64,000 nt of DNA from Thermoplasmata archaeon (GTDB lineage Archaea; Thermoplasmatota; Thermoplasmata; Thermoplasmatales; GCA-001856825). Location: positions 64,001 through 128,000 of the forward strand of contig JAJYUZ010000004.1 of assembly GCA_021792255.1 (NCBI GenBank), in the 5' to 3' direction. Under the pieces are notes generated by a model. It was not told the origin of the DNA. It saw nothing but the letters and a program-made list of their open reading frames with translations, and searched no databases. Below, piece by piece: positions 29,585-39,862 of this stretch. A program made the translations under genes and the position numbers. Every line of letters starts with the position of its first letter. Positions within the stretch are counted from its first letter, which is position 1.

Positions 29585-31507
29585 ATGAGATATGAAGAAG
29601 TCATTTCTATTACGAAAGACAACCTCGAAACAATCTTTCCAGGACTAGGGTACACCAGCCTGGACATGGAGGGGGCGAATGTGGTCCTCTACTCCAAGGA
29701 GAGCTATAAATTTCTGGAAGACCCCGAGAAGATCAAGAAACTCGCACAGTCCATTAGGAAAAGAATAATCATCAGACCGGATGCCTCCTCCCTCATTGGA
29801 GAGAAAGAGGCAGAGGAAAAGATAAGGAAAATAATGCCCAGCGATGTAGCAATCTCAGACATATTTTTCGAGCACGATTCCGGTGAGGTAATCGTAGAGG
29901 TGGATGACCCGGAACGGATACAGGCATACGATTCGCAAATAATAGGTACAATAAGGAAAGAAGTAAAGTGGGCTCCAAGGATAATGAGAACCCCGCCGAT
30001 AAAGAGTGCAACGATCAAGATGGTAAGAGAATTCTTGAAGGCGGAGTCAGAGGAGAGGAGAAAATTCTTGAGGAATCTGGCCAAGAGGATATCGAGGGAT
30101 CCAATTCCCGGAGAGAATTACGTCCGTCTCGCTTGCCTCGGTGCGTGGAGGGAGGTCGGAAGATCATCTTCCCTTTTGATGACCAAGAATTCCAAGGTAA
30201 TGATAGATTGCGGCCTGGACCCGGCAGCGATCGACACCGACGATCCGGCTAGTGGTGCTCCCTACCTGAGCGCCCCAGAAATATGGCCCCTTAACTCTGT
30301 GGATGGAGTAGTTCTTACGCACTCGCACATGGACCACGGAGGATTCCTGCCCTACCTTTTCAGTATAGGATACGACGGTCCGGTCTACCTGACCGCACCT
30401 GCCAGAGACCTGTTACTGCTGTTGCTGATGGACTACGTCAAGCTGGGGATGTCAGAGAACAGGAAGGTTCCCTACAAGATGGAGGACGTCAGGAGCTTGA
30501 TAAGGCACACGGTCACTCTCAACTACAACGAGACCACGGATCTCTCTCCTGATGTCAGGGTGACACTGAGGAATGCAGGACACATTCTAGGTTCGTCGGT
30601 CGTTCATTTTCACGTCGGAGAGGGATTTCATAACCTCCTGATGTCTGGCGACATAAAGTACATGAATTCGTGGCTTTTCAATGCTGCAGACACTAGACTT
30701 CCAAGGGTGGAAACATTCGTCACAGAAAGCACTTATGGTGGAAGAAATGATTTCCAACCGACCCGTCAGGAGGCAGGAGAAAGACTGGCTCAAATTGTGA
30801 GACTGGCCGCGGAGAGAAAGGGGAAGGTTTTGGTACCCGTTTTCGCAGTTGGAAGAAGTCAGGAAGTTATGCTGGTATTGGAGGAAAAATACAGACTTGG
30901 AGAGATTCCAAAAGTACCCGTATACTTGGACGGAATGATTTACGAGGCTACGAGCATACACACAGCATATCCAGAGTTCCTAAACTCTAACCTCAGGGAT
31001 CTGATAACGAGGAAGAAGGAAAATCCATTTCTATCGGACATATTTGTGAGGGTGGATGCGCCGGATACCAGAGAAGAAATCGTCAGTGACGTTGGCCCCC
31101 TGGTCGTGCTTGCGACGTCAGGTATGATGAATGGAGGACCGGTCATCGAATATTTTTCCAACTGGGCGGACGATGAAAGGAACTTCTTGGTGTTTGTAGG
31201 TTATCAGGCTGAAGGCACACTTGGTAGAAAGATACTTTCAGGGTCCAAACAACTCAACGTGAGAAAAAATGACGGAATCAAGGAACTCAAGGTAGGAATG
31301 ACTGTGGAGAGTGTCGATGGATTTTCTGGACATTCTGACAGAAGGCAGTTAATGAAATACATCGAAGCACTCGAGTTCAAACCCAAGAGAATTCTCGTGA
31401 ACCATGGGGATTCTAACAAGGCAGCCGAGCTATCCAGGGCCTTATCGATTAAGTTCGGTGTGGAAAGCTATGCACCCTATGATTTGGAGACAGTCAGACT
31501 CAGGTAA
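29585..31507 (+). CDS. beta-CASP ribonuclease aCPSF1 / transcription termination factor FttA
   Basis: N-terminal KH region, EVGRS, HSHMDH, AGHILGS, FAVGRSQE, GFSGHSD; follows psmB as usual. Confidence 0.95.
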   Translation: MRYEEVISITKDNLETIFPGLGYTSLDMEGANVVLYSKESYKFLEDPEKIKKLAQSIRKRIIIRPDASSLIGEKEAEEKIRKIMPSDVAISDIFFEHDSGEVIVEVDDPERIQAYDSQIIGTIRKEVKWAPRIMRTPPIKSATIKMVREFLKAESEERRKFLRNLAKRISRDPIPGENYVRLACLGAWREVGRSSSLLMTKNSKVMIDCGLDPAAIDTDDPASGAPYLSAPEIWPLNSVDGVVLTHSHMDHGGFLPYLFSIGYDGPVYLTAPARDLLLLLLMDYVKLGMSENRKVPYKMEDVRSLIRHTVTLNYNETTDLSPDVRVTLRNAGHILGSSVVHFHVGEGFHNLLMSGDIKYMNSWLFNAADTRLPRVETFVTESTYGGRNDFQPTRQEAGERLAQIVRLAAERKGKVLVPVFAVGRSQEVMLVLEEKYRLGEIPKVPVYLDGMIYEATSIHTAYPEFLNSNLRDLITRKKENPFLSDIFVRVDAPDTREEIVSDVGPLVVLATSGMMNGGPVIEYFSNWADDERNFLVFVGYQAEGTLGRKILSGSKQLNVRKNDGIKELKVGMTVESVDGFSGHSDRRQLMKYIEALEFKPKRILVNHGDSNKAAELSRALSIKFGVESYAPYDLETVRLR

Positions 31508-31562
31508 CAATTAAAGTAATTTTTAATAATACTTCTTTATACGGTTAAGGAAGGATGTAGTA

Positions 31563-32009
31563 ATGGTCAATTTCAAGGATATACCACCTGAAATGTTGAT
31601 AATGGAAGTATCAAGCAGGCTGTCAAAGGAAATACCAGAGCCTAAATGGGTCAAAGAAGTGAAGACCGGTCAGCACAAGGAAAGAGGGCCTAGCGACGCT
31701 AACTGGTACTATATTAGAGCGGCTTCATTGCTCAGAAAAGTAGCAGTCAACTCGCCCATTGGAATCGAGAAACTGGCTTCTGAATATGGAGGAAAGGTTG
31801 ATAGGGGCTCGAAGGCGCATCACGCAGGTAAAGGATCTAGGAAGGTACTCAGGACCGCTCTTCAAGACCTCGAAAAGCTTGGATACGTACTCAAGGGCAA
31901 AAAGGGTAGGTCAATTTCGTCTGCCGGGACAAAGCTGCTTAACTCTGCAGCACTAGGCGTGTCTGGCAAGTTGAAAGAGAAGATTCCCGCTATTGAGAAA
32001 TATATTTGA
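31563..32009 (+). CDS. rps19e: 30S ribosomal protein S19e
   Basis: PKWVKEVKTG.HKE, WYYIRAASLLRK. Confidence 0.96.
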   Translation: MVNFKDIPPEMLIMEVSSRLSKEIPEPKWVKEVKTGQHKERGPSDANWYYIRAASLLRKVAVNSPIGIEKLASEYGGKVDRGSKAHHAGKGSRKVLRTALQDLEKLGYVLKGKKGRSISSAGTKLLNSAALGVSGKLKEKIPAIEKYI

Positions 32010-32023
32010 AGGGTGAGATACGG

Positions 32024-32365
32024 ATGACCGACGACAGAGAGCTTGAAGAAATCAAAAGGAAACGGCTCATGGACCTCCAAAATCAAGTTGCAGCTGGTCA
32101 GGATATGCAAGAGAGGGAAGAATTCCAACGCAAAGCTGCGGAGAAGGAGAGGCACGATGCCGTTAAGAGGTTCGTGACACCAGAGGCATACGAAAGGCTC
32201 TCGAATGTCAGGCTCGTTCGACCCGACATGGTCGAGAACGTCGAAAATCAAATAATAATGCTTGCCCAGTCTGGTCGCCTCAACAGGTTGATCACTGATG
32301 CAGAAGTAAAATCCCTCTTGGCAAGGTTATCAGAAAAGAGAGAGACAAAAATAGAAAGGAGATGA
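32024..32365 (+). CDS. PDCD5-family DNA-binding protein
   Basis: ELEEIKRKRL, TPEA.ERL.NVRLVRP, VENQII.LAQSG; GGTGA RBS. Confidence 0.92.
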   Translation: MTDDRELEEIKRKRLMDLQNQVAAGQDMQEREEFQRKAAEKERHDAVKRFVTPEAYERLSNVRLVRPDMVENVENQIIMLAQSGRLNRLITDAEVKSLLARLSEKRETKIERR

Positions 32366-32371
32366 ACTAAT

Positions 32372-32527
32372 TTGGCTAGAAACAAGCACGTGGCGACAAA
32401 AAAGAGACTGATGGCAAAGGTAAACGAGAATTCCAGGGTCCCAGCCTGGGTAATGATGAAGACCGACAGGAGAGTTACCACCAATCCGAAGAGGAGGACG
32501 TGGAGAAGGAATAAATTAAAGGAGTGA
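32372..32527 (+). CDS. rpl39e: 50S ribosomal protein L39e (absent from the ORF track)
   Basis: TTG start; [51 protein letters not shown]. Confidence 0.95.
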   Translation: MARNKHVATKKRLMAKVNENSRVPAWVMMKTDRRVTTNPKRRTWRRNKLKE

Positions 32528-32532
32528 GATAA

Positions 32533-32802
32533 TTGCCTGAAAAAGAGATTGAAATGACGATATCGCTTAGGGAAATTGTATACGTTTCGAGGAAGAGAAG
32601 GAGCTCTGCCGCCGTCTCCCTTTTGAGGAAGAAAGTGGCCCGCTTTGCGAAGGTCCCTTCTGAGAAGGTCTGGATCGATGATTCAGTCAACAAATTCATT
32701 TGGAAGAGAGGCATAGAAAAGCCACCGAGGAAACTCCGCGTCAAAATACTGAAACTGGAAGAGGACAATTCCGCTGAGGTACTTCTTCCAGACCAGGCAT
32801 GA
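32533..32802 (+). CDS. rpl31e: 50S ribosomal protein L31e
   Basis: TISLR, VNKFIWKRGIEKPPRKLRV. Confidence 0.93.
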   Translation: MPEKEIEMTISLREIVYVSRKRRSSAAVSLLRKKVARFAKVPSEKVWIDDSVNKFIWKRGIEKPPRKLRVKILKLEEDNSAEVLLPDQA

Positions 32803-33455
32803 TCCAAGTATCGAGAATATTCAATTCTCCATTCCTGGGAGTGTATCTCAGGACTTGGGAGGAATATACCCTCGTTCCGAGAAACACAGATCGTGATATA
32901 AAGAGTCTAGTCTCAACATACCTGAAGACTGAACCGCTGGAGATGACTATAGGCAGCTCGAAATTACTCGGTTCTCTTTCCGTGATGAACTCTAACGGGA
33001 TGATTTTCAGCAACATAATCTCCGAGGACGAACTCGGAGTCATACCCCGTGACGTCAACGTCGCAGTACTCAGAGACAACCTAAATGCAGTGGGAAACAA
33101 CATCCTGGCCAACGACAGAGCAGCCCTCATTCACGAAGAGTTCACAGATGAATCCGTGAAGACAATAGGGGACGTTCTGGGCGTGGAGATATTCAAAGGG
33201 AAATTTAAGGAAGTGAGGACGGTCGGTTCGAGTGGCCTTATAACATCTTCGGGACTCGTAATTCCCCCGAACATGACAGATGAGGAAATAGAAGAACTCG
33301 GCAAGATATTCGGAGTCAAAGGACGGGTGGGGACGGCAAACTTCGGGAGCCTCTATGTCGGAGCTTCCGTAGTGTCCAACAGCAAGGGTGCGTTGATAGG
33401 AGAGGACAGCACCACAATCGAGATTTCTAACATCGAAGAAGCACTCAATTTATGA
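32799..33455 (+). CDS. eif6: Translation initiation factor 6 (aIF6)
   Basis: LLGSL..MNSNG, AVGNNILAND, GTANFGS, NSKGAL. Confidence 0.95.
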   Translation: MIQVSRIFNSPFLGVYLRTWEEYTLVPRNTDRDIKSLVSTYLKTEPLEMTIGSSKLLGSLSVMNSNGMIFSNIISEDELGVIPRDVNVAVLRDNLNAVGNNILANDRAALIHEEFTDESVKTIGDVLGVEIFKGKFKEVRTVGSSGLITSSGLVIPPNMTDEEIEELGKIFGVKGRVGTANFGSLYVGASVVSNSKGALIGEDSTTIEISNIEEALNL

Positions 33456-33988
33456 AGATAGAGAGGTGCCAAGGGGTCTACGAACCAGAGGACGACTCTT
33501 ATCTCCTCATGGAGATAGAGGAAGTCAGGGGAAAGATCATAGAAATAGGGTGTGGGACGGGAATTGTCGGTTTGAGTTATGCGGAAGCGGGGGCGAATGT
33601 CACACTCGTGGACACTTCAGAAAAGGCCGTAAAGTGCGCGAGTCGGAATGCTACGATAAATAGGATCTCGGCAAACGTAGTCAGAACCGATATGTTCGGA
33701 GGAATAAAGGGAAAATTTGATTACTGTCTCTTCAACCCCCCTTACCTTCCGAGCGAACCTCCAGATGACCCATCCTGGACGGGGGGGATAAGGGGAGACG
33801 AAATCACGATAGAATTTCTGCAGAATTTCAAGAATTTTTCGAAATGTGCTTTTTATATAGAGTCCTCATTATCTCCAATAACGAAGCGAATGTTTAAGGG
33901 ACTGGCTTTTCAGGTCGTGAAGAAAATAGAGTATGAGATTGAAGTGTTGAGTCTAATGAAGGTCAGTGTGAATGCCCTCCATAGATGA
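33452..33988 (+). CDS. HemK2/MTQ2-like methyltransferase
   Basis: VYEPEDDSYLL, EIGCGTG, FNPPY. Confidence 0.9.
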   Translation: MKIERCQGVYEPEDDSYLLMEIEEVRGKIIEIGCGTGIVGLSYAEAGANVTLVDTSEKAVKCASRNATINRISANVVRTDMFGGIKGKFDYCLFNPPYLPSEPPDDPSWTGGIRGDEITIEFLQNFKNFSKCAFYIESSLSPITKRMFKGLAFQVVKKIEYEIEVLSLMKVSVNALHR

Positions 33989-35063
33989 AGAGATCAAAGA
34001 ACTGGAAGGAGAGATCAAGAAGACCCAGTACAACAAGGCCACAGAACATCACATTGGACGACTAAAGGCAAAGATTGCAAGGCTAGAGAAAGTTAAGGAA
34101 GAAAGGTCGAAGAAGGGGGGAGGAACAGGCTTTTTCATCAAGAAGGGGATTTATCCGAGCATAGGGCTACTAGGGCCTCCATCAGTTGGCAAGAGCAGCA
34201 TTTTGAACGCCATTACGAATGCCGAAAGCAGGGTCGGAGCCTTTGATTTTACTACTCTGTCCATAGTTCCCGGGATAATGGAATACAAGAACATGAAGTT
34301 CAGAGTTCTCGATCTTCCAGGGGTCATAGAGGGGGCGCACGAGGGGAAGGGAAGAGGGAGAGAGGTCATATCCGTTCTCCGCAACGTGGACCTGATCCTA
34401 ATTGTTATGGACCCATTCAAGTACGATCCATCCTACATCCTCAAAGAGTTGCAGAGAGAAGGGATTAGAATCAACCAGAAACCTCCAAAGATGTCCATAC
34501 TGAAGAAGGACAGAGGAGGGCTCAACATAACAAAGGTGGGAAAGTCCGAGTTCGACTCCGAACTATTAGAATCCATAAGCAGGGAATTTGGAATAATCAA
34601 TGCCGACATAATTCTGAGGCAGTCGATGACGCCAGACGTCTTCATAGATGGTCTGCTCGGAAACAGGGTGTACCTACCAGCAATTTTCATAATAAACAAA
34701 TCAGACGTCGGCGAATTTTCCAGGGCTTACGAATTTTTGAAATCACTGGATCTAGACCCAGTTCCCATCTCGGTAGTCAAGAAAAAGAACATCGAACTGT
34801 TGAAAGAGAAGATGGCAGGAAAGATCAGGATGATAAGGGTCCATCTCATCCCATCGAATGCACCTTCGGACAAGGAACCCATGGTCGTCAGGGAAGGCAG
34901 CACAGTCGAGGACGTGTGCAAGGCAGTTCATACGGAATTCGTTGAAAAGTTCAAATTTGCCACAATAACTGGCAAATCCGTGAGGTTTCCAAATCAGAGG
35001 GTGGGGTTGGAACACAGAGTCCAGGATGGAGACAATCTCACTGTGTTCCTGAGAAAGGGGTAA
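33972..35063 (+). CDS. DRG/OBG-family GTPase with TGS domain
   Basis: TQYNKATEHH, GPPSVGKS, FTT, DLPG, GKGRG, NKSD. Confidence 0.95.
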   Translation: MPSIDEEIKELEGEIKKTQYNKATEHHIGRLKAKIARLEKVKEERSKKGGGTGFFIKKGIYPSIGLLGPPSVGKSSILNAITNAESRVGAFDFTTLSIVPGIMEYKNMKFRVLDLPGVIEGAHEGKGRGREVISVLRNVDLILIVMDPFKYDPSYILKELQREGIRINQKPPKMSILKKDRGGLNITKVGKSEFDSELLESISREFGIINADIILRQSMTPDVFIDGLLGNRVYLPAIFIINKSDVGEFSRAYEFLKSLDLDPVPISVVKKKNIELLKEKMAGKIRMIRVHLIPSNAPSDKEPMVVREGSTVEDVCKAVHTEFVEKFKFATITGKSVRFPNQRVGLEHRVQDGDNLTVFLRKG

Positions 35064-35153
35064 AGTACCTATAAAAGAGCCATTGAGTAAGGTCTGACCA
35101 ATATTTTTATATCGATTCACTATGCAGAGAGAAGCCTAACAGGTAGTGAAAAT

Positions 35154-35426
35154 TTGGCAGACAGAGTACTAGCATTCGTGGACCTATTCGTAGATTCTCA
35201 GATCATGGACGAGGTGGTTTCATCATTAAAGGAAATAAAAAACGCAGTCCAGATATACGAAGTGACCGGTGAATTTGATATTATAGTTCTGGTGAACGTT
35301 TCTAGCATAGAAGAATTCAGGGATATGCTCAAGAACAGAATAATGAAGATAAATGGTATAAAGAGTACGGTCACATCAATAGTACTTAAGTCTCACAGGA
35401 ACCATACTCTTGAAGTCCCTGAGTAA
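35154..35426 (+). CDS. Lrp/AsnC ligand-binding (RAM) domain protein
   Basis: VTGEFDII, I.KI.GIKSTVT; lacks an HTH. Confidence 0.85.
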   Translation: MADRVLAFVDLFVDSQIMDEVVSSLKEIKNAVQIYEVTGEFDIIVLVNVSSIEEFRDMLKNRIMKINGIKSTVTSIVLKSHRNHTLEVPE

Positions 35427-35526
35427 TCTTATATTGTAAACTTTTAAAGGAGGAATGCGTTAAGATTGTTATGGCTGTCTCTGCACAAGAGAGAGCACTA
35501 GGGAGGTTCAGCCGATAGGTGAAACC

Positions 35527-37203
35527 ATGCTCACTCTGGAAGACCTGTTCGTAGTCGTACTTGTATGGGGAATAGTCATAATCTGTGCATGGTTCCTATC
35601 AAAGTACCTGTTCTTCGTGTTTATGGGTGCTAGGAATAGGCTAGACCGGCTCTTTCTTCCCATCGAGAATCTTATTTACTGGCTTGGCGGAGTGGATAGT
35701 TCCAGGAAGATGGGCTGGAAGGAGTACTTTAAGGCTTTGTTCTATCTGAACGCGGCACAAGCAATCATTGCATTCTTCATACTGATGTTTCAGCAAAGTC
35801 TACCTCTGAATCCGATGCACTATCCTGGCATGTCGTGGTCCCTGGCCCTGAACACTGTTCTTTCATTTTCTTCCAACACAAATCTGCAGCACTACAATGG
35901 CGAGACGACTCTTTCTTACCTTAGCCAGATGTCCGCCATCCAGTTCCTTCAATTCACATCGGCTGCGACGGGACTTGCAGCGGGGGTCGCGGTAATAAGA
36001 GGTTTCGCAGGTAAGGCTAAGACCATCGGCAATTTCTATTACGATTACGTCAGATCGCTGACCAGAGTTTTGCTGCCTCTAGCCTTCATTGCAGCGATCG
36101 TCCTCATCGCACTGGGAGTTCCACAGTCGATCGGTGGTTATTCTTCCGTTCCAACTCTACAAAGGGGTGCCTACGAAATTCTCTACAATGGACCAATAGC
36201 ATCCTTGGTTTCAATAATGCAACTTGGAACGAACGGTGGAGGTTACTTTGGAGCCAACTCTGCCTATCCTCTACAGAATCCCACTCAGCTAAGCAACCTG
36301 TTTGAGATTGGTCTGATGATGTTCATTCCCACCGCTATTCTGTTCTTGTTCGGACGGACGGTCGGGGACAATCGGGAGGGAAGAACTCTCTTTCTTTCTG
36401 CCTATGCAATCTATGGCATAGATCTCGTCATCGCGTTCCTATCTACGACAAACATCGCACAGGGAATAGAAGTGAGATTCGGAGGAGTGACTTCTGCTTT
36501 CTGGACCGTTACCACGACCGCTTTCACTACTGGTTCACTAAATGCATCGCTTGGCGCATTCAACCCGATCGTGATTCTTACTGCATTTTTTGGCATGCTG
36601 ATACAGGGTGCTCCCGGAGGAATTGGAATAGGGGCGATGTACCTCATCATGTACGTGATAGTCACGATCTTCCTGGTTGGACTTATGGCGGGAAGGACGC
36701 CAGAATATCTAGGCATCAAGATCGAAGGAAGAGACGTAAAACTAGCAATAGCCGCGTTCCTCACTCACCCAATAATCATATTGATACCAACCGTGTTGGC
36801 ATTTGCGATTGGTGCTGAAAAAGCGGTGGGGGTCACTTCAAATTCAACCGGATTTACCACCATATTTTATGAATTCACTTCTGCGGCAGCGAACAACGGG
36901 TCAGATTTCTTGGGCGCTGCAGGGAACACGGTTTTTTTCAATGTAGCGACTGGGATAGTCATGTGGTTGGGGAGATATTTACCGATTCTCTTCTTGTTGG
37001 CAATAGCTGACAGCGTGGCGGTCAGGAAGAGAAGTCCTAGTCAGGGACTCAAGACGGGGAATATTAGCTTCGTTGTGATATTAGTAGTCAGTATTTTCAT
37101 CCTGACGGTCCTGACTTTCTTTCCATTCTTGGTCCTAGGTCCCGTTCTGCAGTTCCTTCAGGGATTCAACACGAGCGTGGGGGGTGTGATCTTTGGGTTC
37201 TAA
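35527..37203 (+). CDS. kdpA: K+-transporting ATPase subunit A
   Basis: NTNLQHY, LGTNGGGYFGANSA, GRTPEYLG, SAAANNGS. Confidence 0.97.
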   Translation: MLTLEDLFVVVLVWGIVIICAWFLSKYLFFVFMGARNRLDRLFLPIENLIYWLGGVDSSRKMGWKEYFKALFYLNAAQAIIAFFILMFQQSLPLNPMHYPGMSWSLALNTVLSFSSNTNLQHYNGETTLSYLSQMSAIQFLQFTSAATGLAAGVAVIRGFAGKAKTIGNFYYDYVRSLTRVLLPLAFIAAIVLIALGVPQSIGGYSSVPTLQRGAYEILYNGPIASLVSIMQLGTNGGGYFGANSAYPLQNPTQLSNLFEIGLMMFIPTAILFLFGRTVGDNREGRTLFLSAYAIYGIDLVIAFLSTTNIAQGIEVRFGGVTSAFWTVTTTAFTTGSLNASLGAFNPIVILTAFFGMLIQGAPGGIGIGAMYLIMYVIVTIFLVGLMAGRTPEYLGIKIEGRDVKLAIAAFLTHPIIILIPTVLAFAIGAEKAVGVTSNSTGFTTIFYEFTSAAANNGSDFLGAAGNTVFFNVATGIVMWLGRYLPILFLLAIADSVAVRKRSPSQGLKTGNISFVVILVVSIFILTVLTFFPFLVLGPVLQFLQGFNTSVGGVIFGF

Positions 37204-39319
37204 TACTTCGGATACTGAAGAGAACAGACTAAACTGGCCGTCAATTATCTTGGACTCAATAAAGAGGCTCAATCCATGGCTCCTCAAGGACAACCTCGTG
37301 ATGTTCGTCACCGAGCTTACCTTCTTCATAGTCTTTATCATGGCCGTTGATCCCACCCTAATCCCTAAGGTCTCTTCGGCATCAGAAAATGGATTCTACG
37401 CTATTGTTGCACTGATACTCATAATAACCGTTTGGTTCAGCACCCTTTCAGATTCGATCGCTGAAGCGCAGATACGCAATACTGCATCAAGTCTAAGGAA
37501 AATGAAGGAGCAAATGACCGCAAAACGATTGAAATCCTCGAACAGGAATAATTTTGAAGTGGTGCCTTCGGACCAGCTCCGGAGGGGAGACTTGGTTCTA
37601 ATTGACCACGGAGAAAAGGTCCCGATAGACTCCGAGGTCATCGAGGGAATAGCAATGGTGGACGAGTCCCTGCTGACTGGTGAGTCTGCTAACGTAAGAA
37701 AATCGGTTGGTACAACTCTCCTTGGTGGCTCTGTCGTCACGACGGACTCACTGGTGGCAAGGGTTTCTTCAAATCCCGATGAGACGTACGTGAGCAAACT
37801 TATAAATCTAGTGGAGTCGTCTTCAAGACCAAAGACGCCCAATGAAATTGCGTTATCCGTCCTTATAGCCGGATTTACAGCTATCTTTTCGATCATAATA
37901 ATTGCCCTGCTCTTCCTCGGCATTACTCTTGATCTCGGGATAGATCTTGCTGTCCTCATTGCGTTGTACGTGTGTCTACTTCCGACCACGATAGGTGCAC
38001 TTCTCCCTGCAATTGGTATTTCTGGAATAAACAGAATGTCCGTCAAGAGGATAATCGCAAAATCCGGAAAAGCCATAGAAGCTTCCGGTGACACCGATGC
38101 TCTTCTTTTGGACAAGACGGGAACGATCACAAAGGGAATGAGGAAAGCGGTTCGATTTATTCCTTCTGGCAAGCACACCGAGAGGGAGGTCGGCGAAGCC
38201 GCCCTTCTTTCGTCGTGGGATGATGATACTCCAGAGGGAAAGAGCATAGTGGAACTCTCGTACAACCTTGGATTCATTCCTCATTCGTTCAGCACTCTCG
38301 ATAGGTCAGAGTTTGAAGAATTCAGTGCTGCTACCAGGAGGAGCAGCATAAAGATGAGTGACACACGCGAGTTCTTGCTGCCAAAGGGAGGAAGGGGAAT
38401 TCTCCAGAGAAAGAGACTTCGGAGAAAATTTGAACCGGGACTTCAACAGCCGGATCTTGAAATAGTCAAGGGCGCCCCCGACGCAATCATCGAATACGTC
38501 AAGAATAAACCACCCGACTTTGATTCAATCTTGACAAAAATCTCTGAGGATGGAGCAACCATAATGGGGGTTGCTGAAGCGGGGGATGTCCTGGGTTTCA
38601 TAAAACTGAAGGATGAAGTCAAGCCGGGTGTGAAAGAGAAGATCAGAGCACTAAGGGATATGGATATTGAAGTCGTCATGGTGACAGGAGATCAGCCTCA
38701 GACAGCTGGTATTATTTCAAAAGACGTGGGGATAGACGACTTTATCGCTAAAGCGAGGCCAGAGACAAAGTATGAACTCGTCAAGGAAGAGCAAAAAGCA
38801 GGCAAGATCGTATCGATGATTGGCGATGGCACAAACGATGCCCCAGCACTCTCGGTTGCAGACGTAGGGCTGGCAATGGCATCCGGTACGGAACCCGCTA
38901 AAGAAGCTGCAAACATGGTAGACCTGGAATCAAATCCATCCAAGATCATAGACGTCGTCATGTTGGGTAAGCAAATCCTGATGACTAGGGGAACCGTCAC
39001 GACGTTCAGCATTGCAAACGATATCGCGAAATATTTTGTGATCGTACCGATCATGTTTGGTGCGCTCCCGGAACTTGGTGCGCTTAATCTGATGCATCTC
39101 TCTCCTCACGTTGCTGTGCTTTCAGCGCTCGTGTACAACGCAATAATAATTCCGGCCCTGATCCCGCTCGCCCTAAGGGGAACCGTATTTAAGCCATCCA
39201 GTACGATGAAGATATTCCTAAAGAACGTAATGATATATGGCCTTGGAGGCATCATTCTTCCATTCATAGCTATCAAGTTCTTTGCAATCCTAATCACGGT
39301 TCTTGGGGGGGTAGCATGA
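37193..39319 (+). CDS. kdpB: K+-transporting ATPase subunit B (P-type)
   Basis: TGES, CLLPTTIG, DKTGTIT, TGD, GDGTNDAPAL, TTFSIANDIAKYF. Confidence 0.97.
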   Translation: MGSNTSDTEENRLNWPSIILDSIKRLNPWLLKDNLVMFVTELTFFIVFIMAVDPTLIPKVSSASENGFYAIVALILIITVWFSTLSDSIAEAQIRNTASSLRKMKEQMTAKRLKSSNRNNFEVVPSDQLRRGDLVLIDHGEKVPIDSEVIEGIAMVDESLLTGESANVRKSVGTTLLGGSVVTTDSLVARVSSNPDETYVSKLINLVESSSRPKTPNEIALSVLIAGFTAIFSIIIIALLFLGITLDLGIDLAVLIALYVCLLPTTIGALLPAIGISGINRMSVKRIIAKSGKAIEASGDTDALLLDKTGTITKGMRKAVRFIPSGKHTEREVGEAALLSSWDDDTPEGKSIVELSYNLGFIPHSFSTLDRSEFEEFSAATRRSSIKMSDTREFLLPKGGRGILQRKRLRRKFEPGLQQPDLEIVKGAPDAIIEYVKNKPPDFDSILTKISEDGATIMGVAEAGDVLGFIKLKDEVKPGVKEKIRALRDMDIEVVMVTGDQPQTAGIISKDVGIDDFIAKARPETKYELVKEEQKAGKIVSMIGDGTNDAPALSVADVGLAMASGTEPAKEAANMVDLESNPSKIIDVVMLGKQILMTRGTVTTFSIANDIAKYFVIVPIMFGALPELGALNLMHLSPHVAVLSALVYNAIIIPALIPLALRGTVFKPSSTMKIFLKNVMIYGLGGIILPFIAIKFFAILITVLGGVA

Positions 39320-39759
39320 CGAGACTGAAGAGCGTTTCAGGAGCGGTCAGAATGACTGTCATTTCGCTCATTATCTGCGGAATGATATTTCCGCTGGTCA
39401 TGACAGGAATAGGACAGGTGGCTATGCCCTGGCAATCTAATGGTTCTCAAGTCTATTTTGATGGAAAGTCAATCGGTTCGGAACTGATCTCGCAGAATTT
39501 CAGCGAACCGGTATTTTTCCACCCACGGAACGACTCGGCTTCCGGAGTGGATCCAGACATAACTATGGCAGATGCTATGAGTCAGGTGCCGAGAATCCAC
39601 AACGCTACTGGCATACCCGAAGCCTTCTTGAACGCCACCCTAATAAAGTACACGCAACGCACACTATTCTTCTTCGGTACTCCTTACATCAACGTGCTGG
39701 ATGTCAATCTGTACCTGGTAGAAGAGTTTCCTGCAGTCTACAGCCAATATATCCAGTGA
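39316..39759 (+). CDS. kdpC: K+-transporting ATPase subunit C
   Basis: QSNGS, GSELISQNF, FHPR, SASGVDPDI, INVL..N. Confidence 0.93.
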   Translation: MTRLKSVSGAVRMTVISLIICGMIFPLVMTGIGQVAMPWQSNGSQVYFDGKSIGSELISQNFSEPVFFHPRNDSASGVDPDITMADAMSQVPRIHNATGIPEAFLNATLIKYTQRTLFFFGTPYINVLDVNLYLVEEFPAVYSQYIQ

Positions 39760-39862
39760 TGCTTTCAGTCGAATGCTCTTCTTGAAATGTGTACTGAAAA
39801 GGAATCTTTTTTTTTTAAAGCACGAAGAGATATTTTCACGTTAGAATTTTCACAAATTAGAA

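Noticed and set aside
37396-38277. 293-aa antisense ORF over kdpB and similar shadow ORFs
   Set aside because: Antisense shadows of well-supported genes, with no motifs
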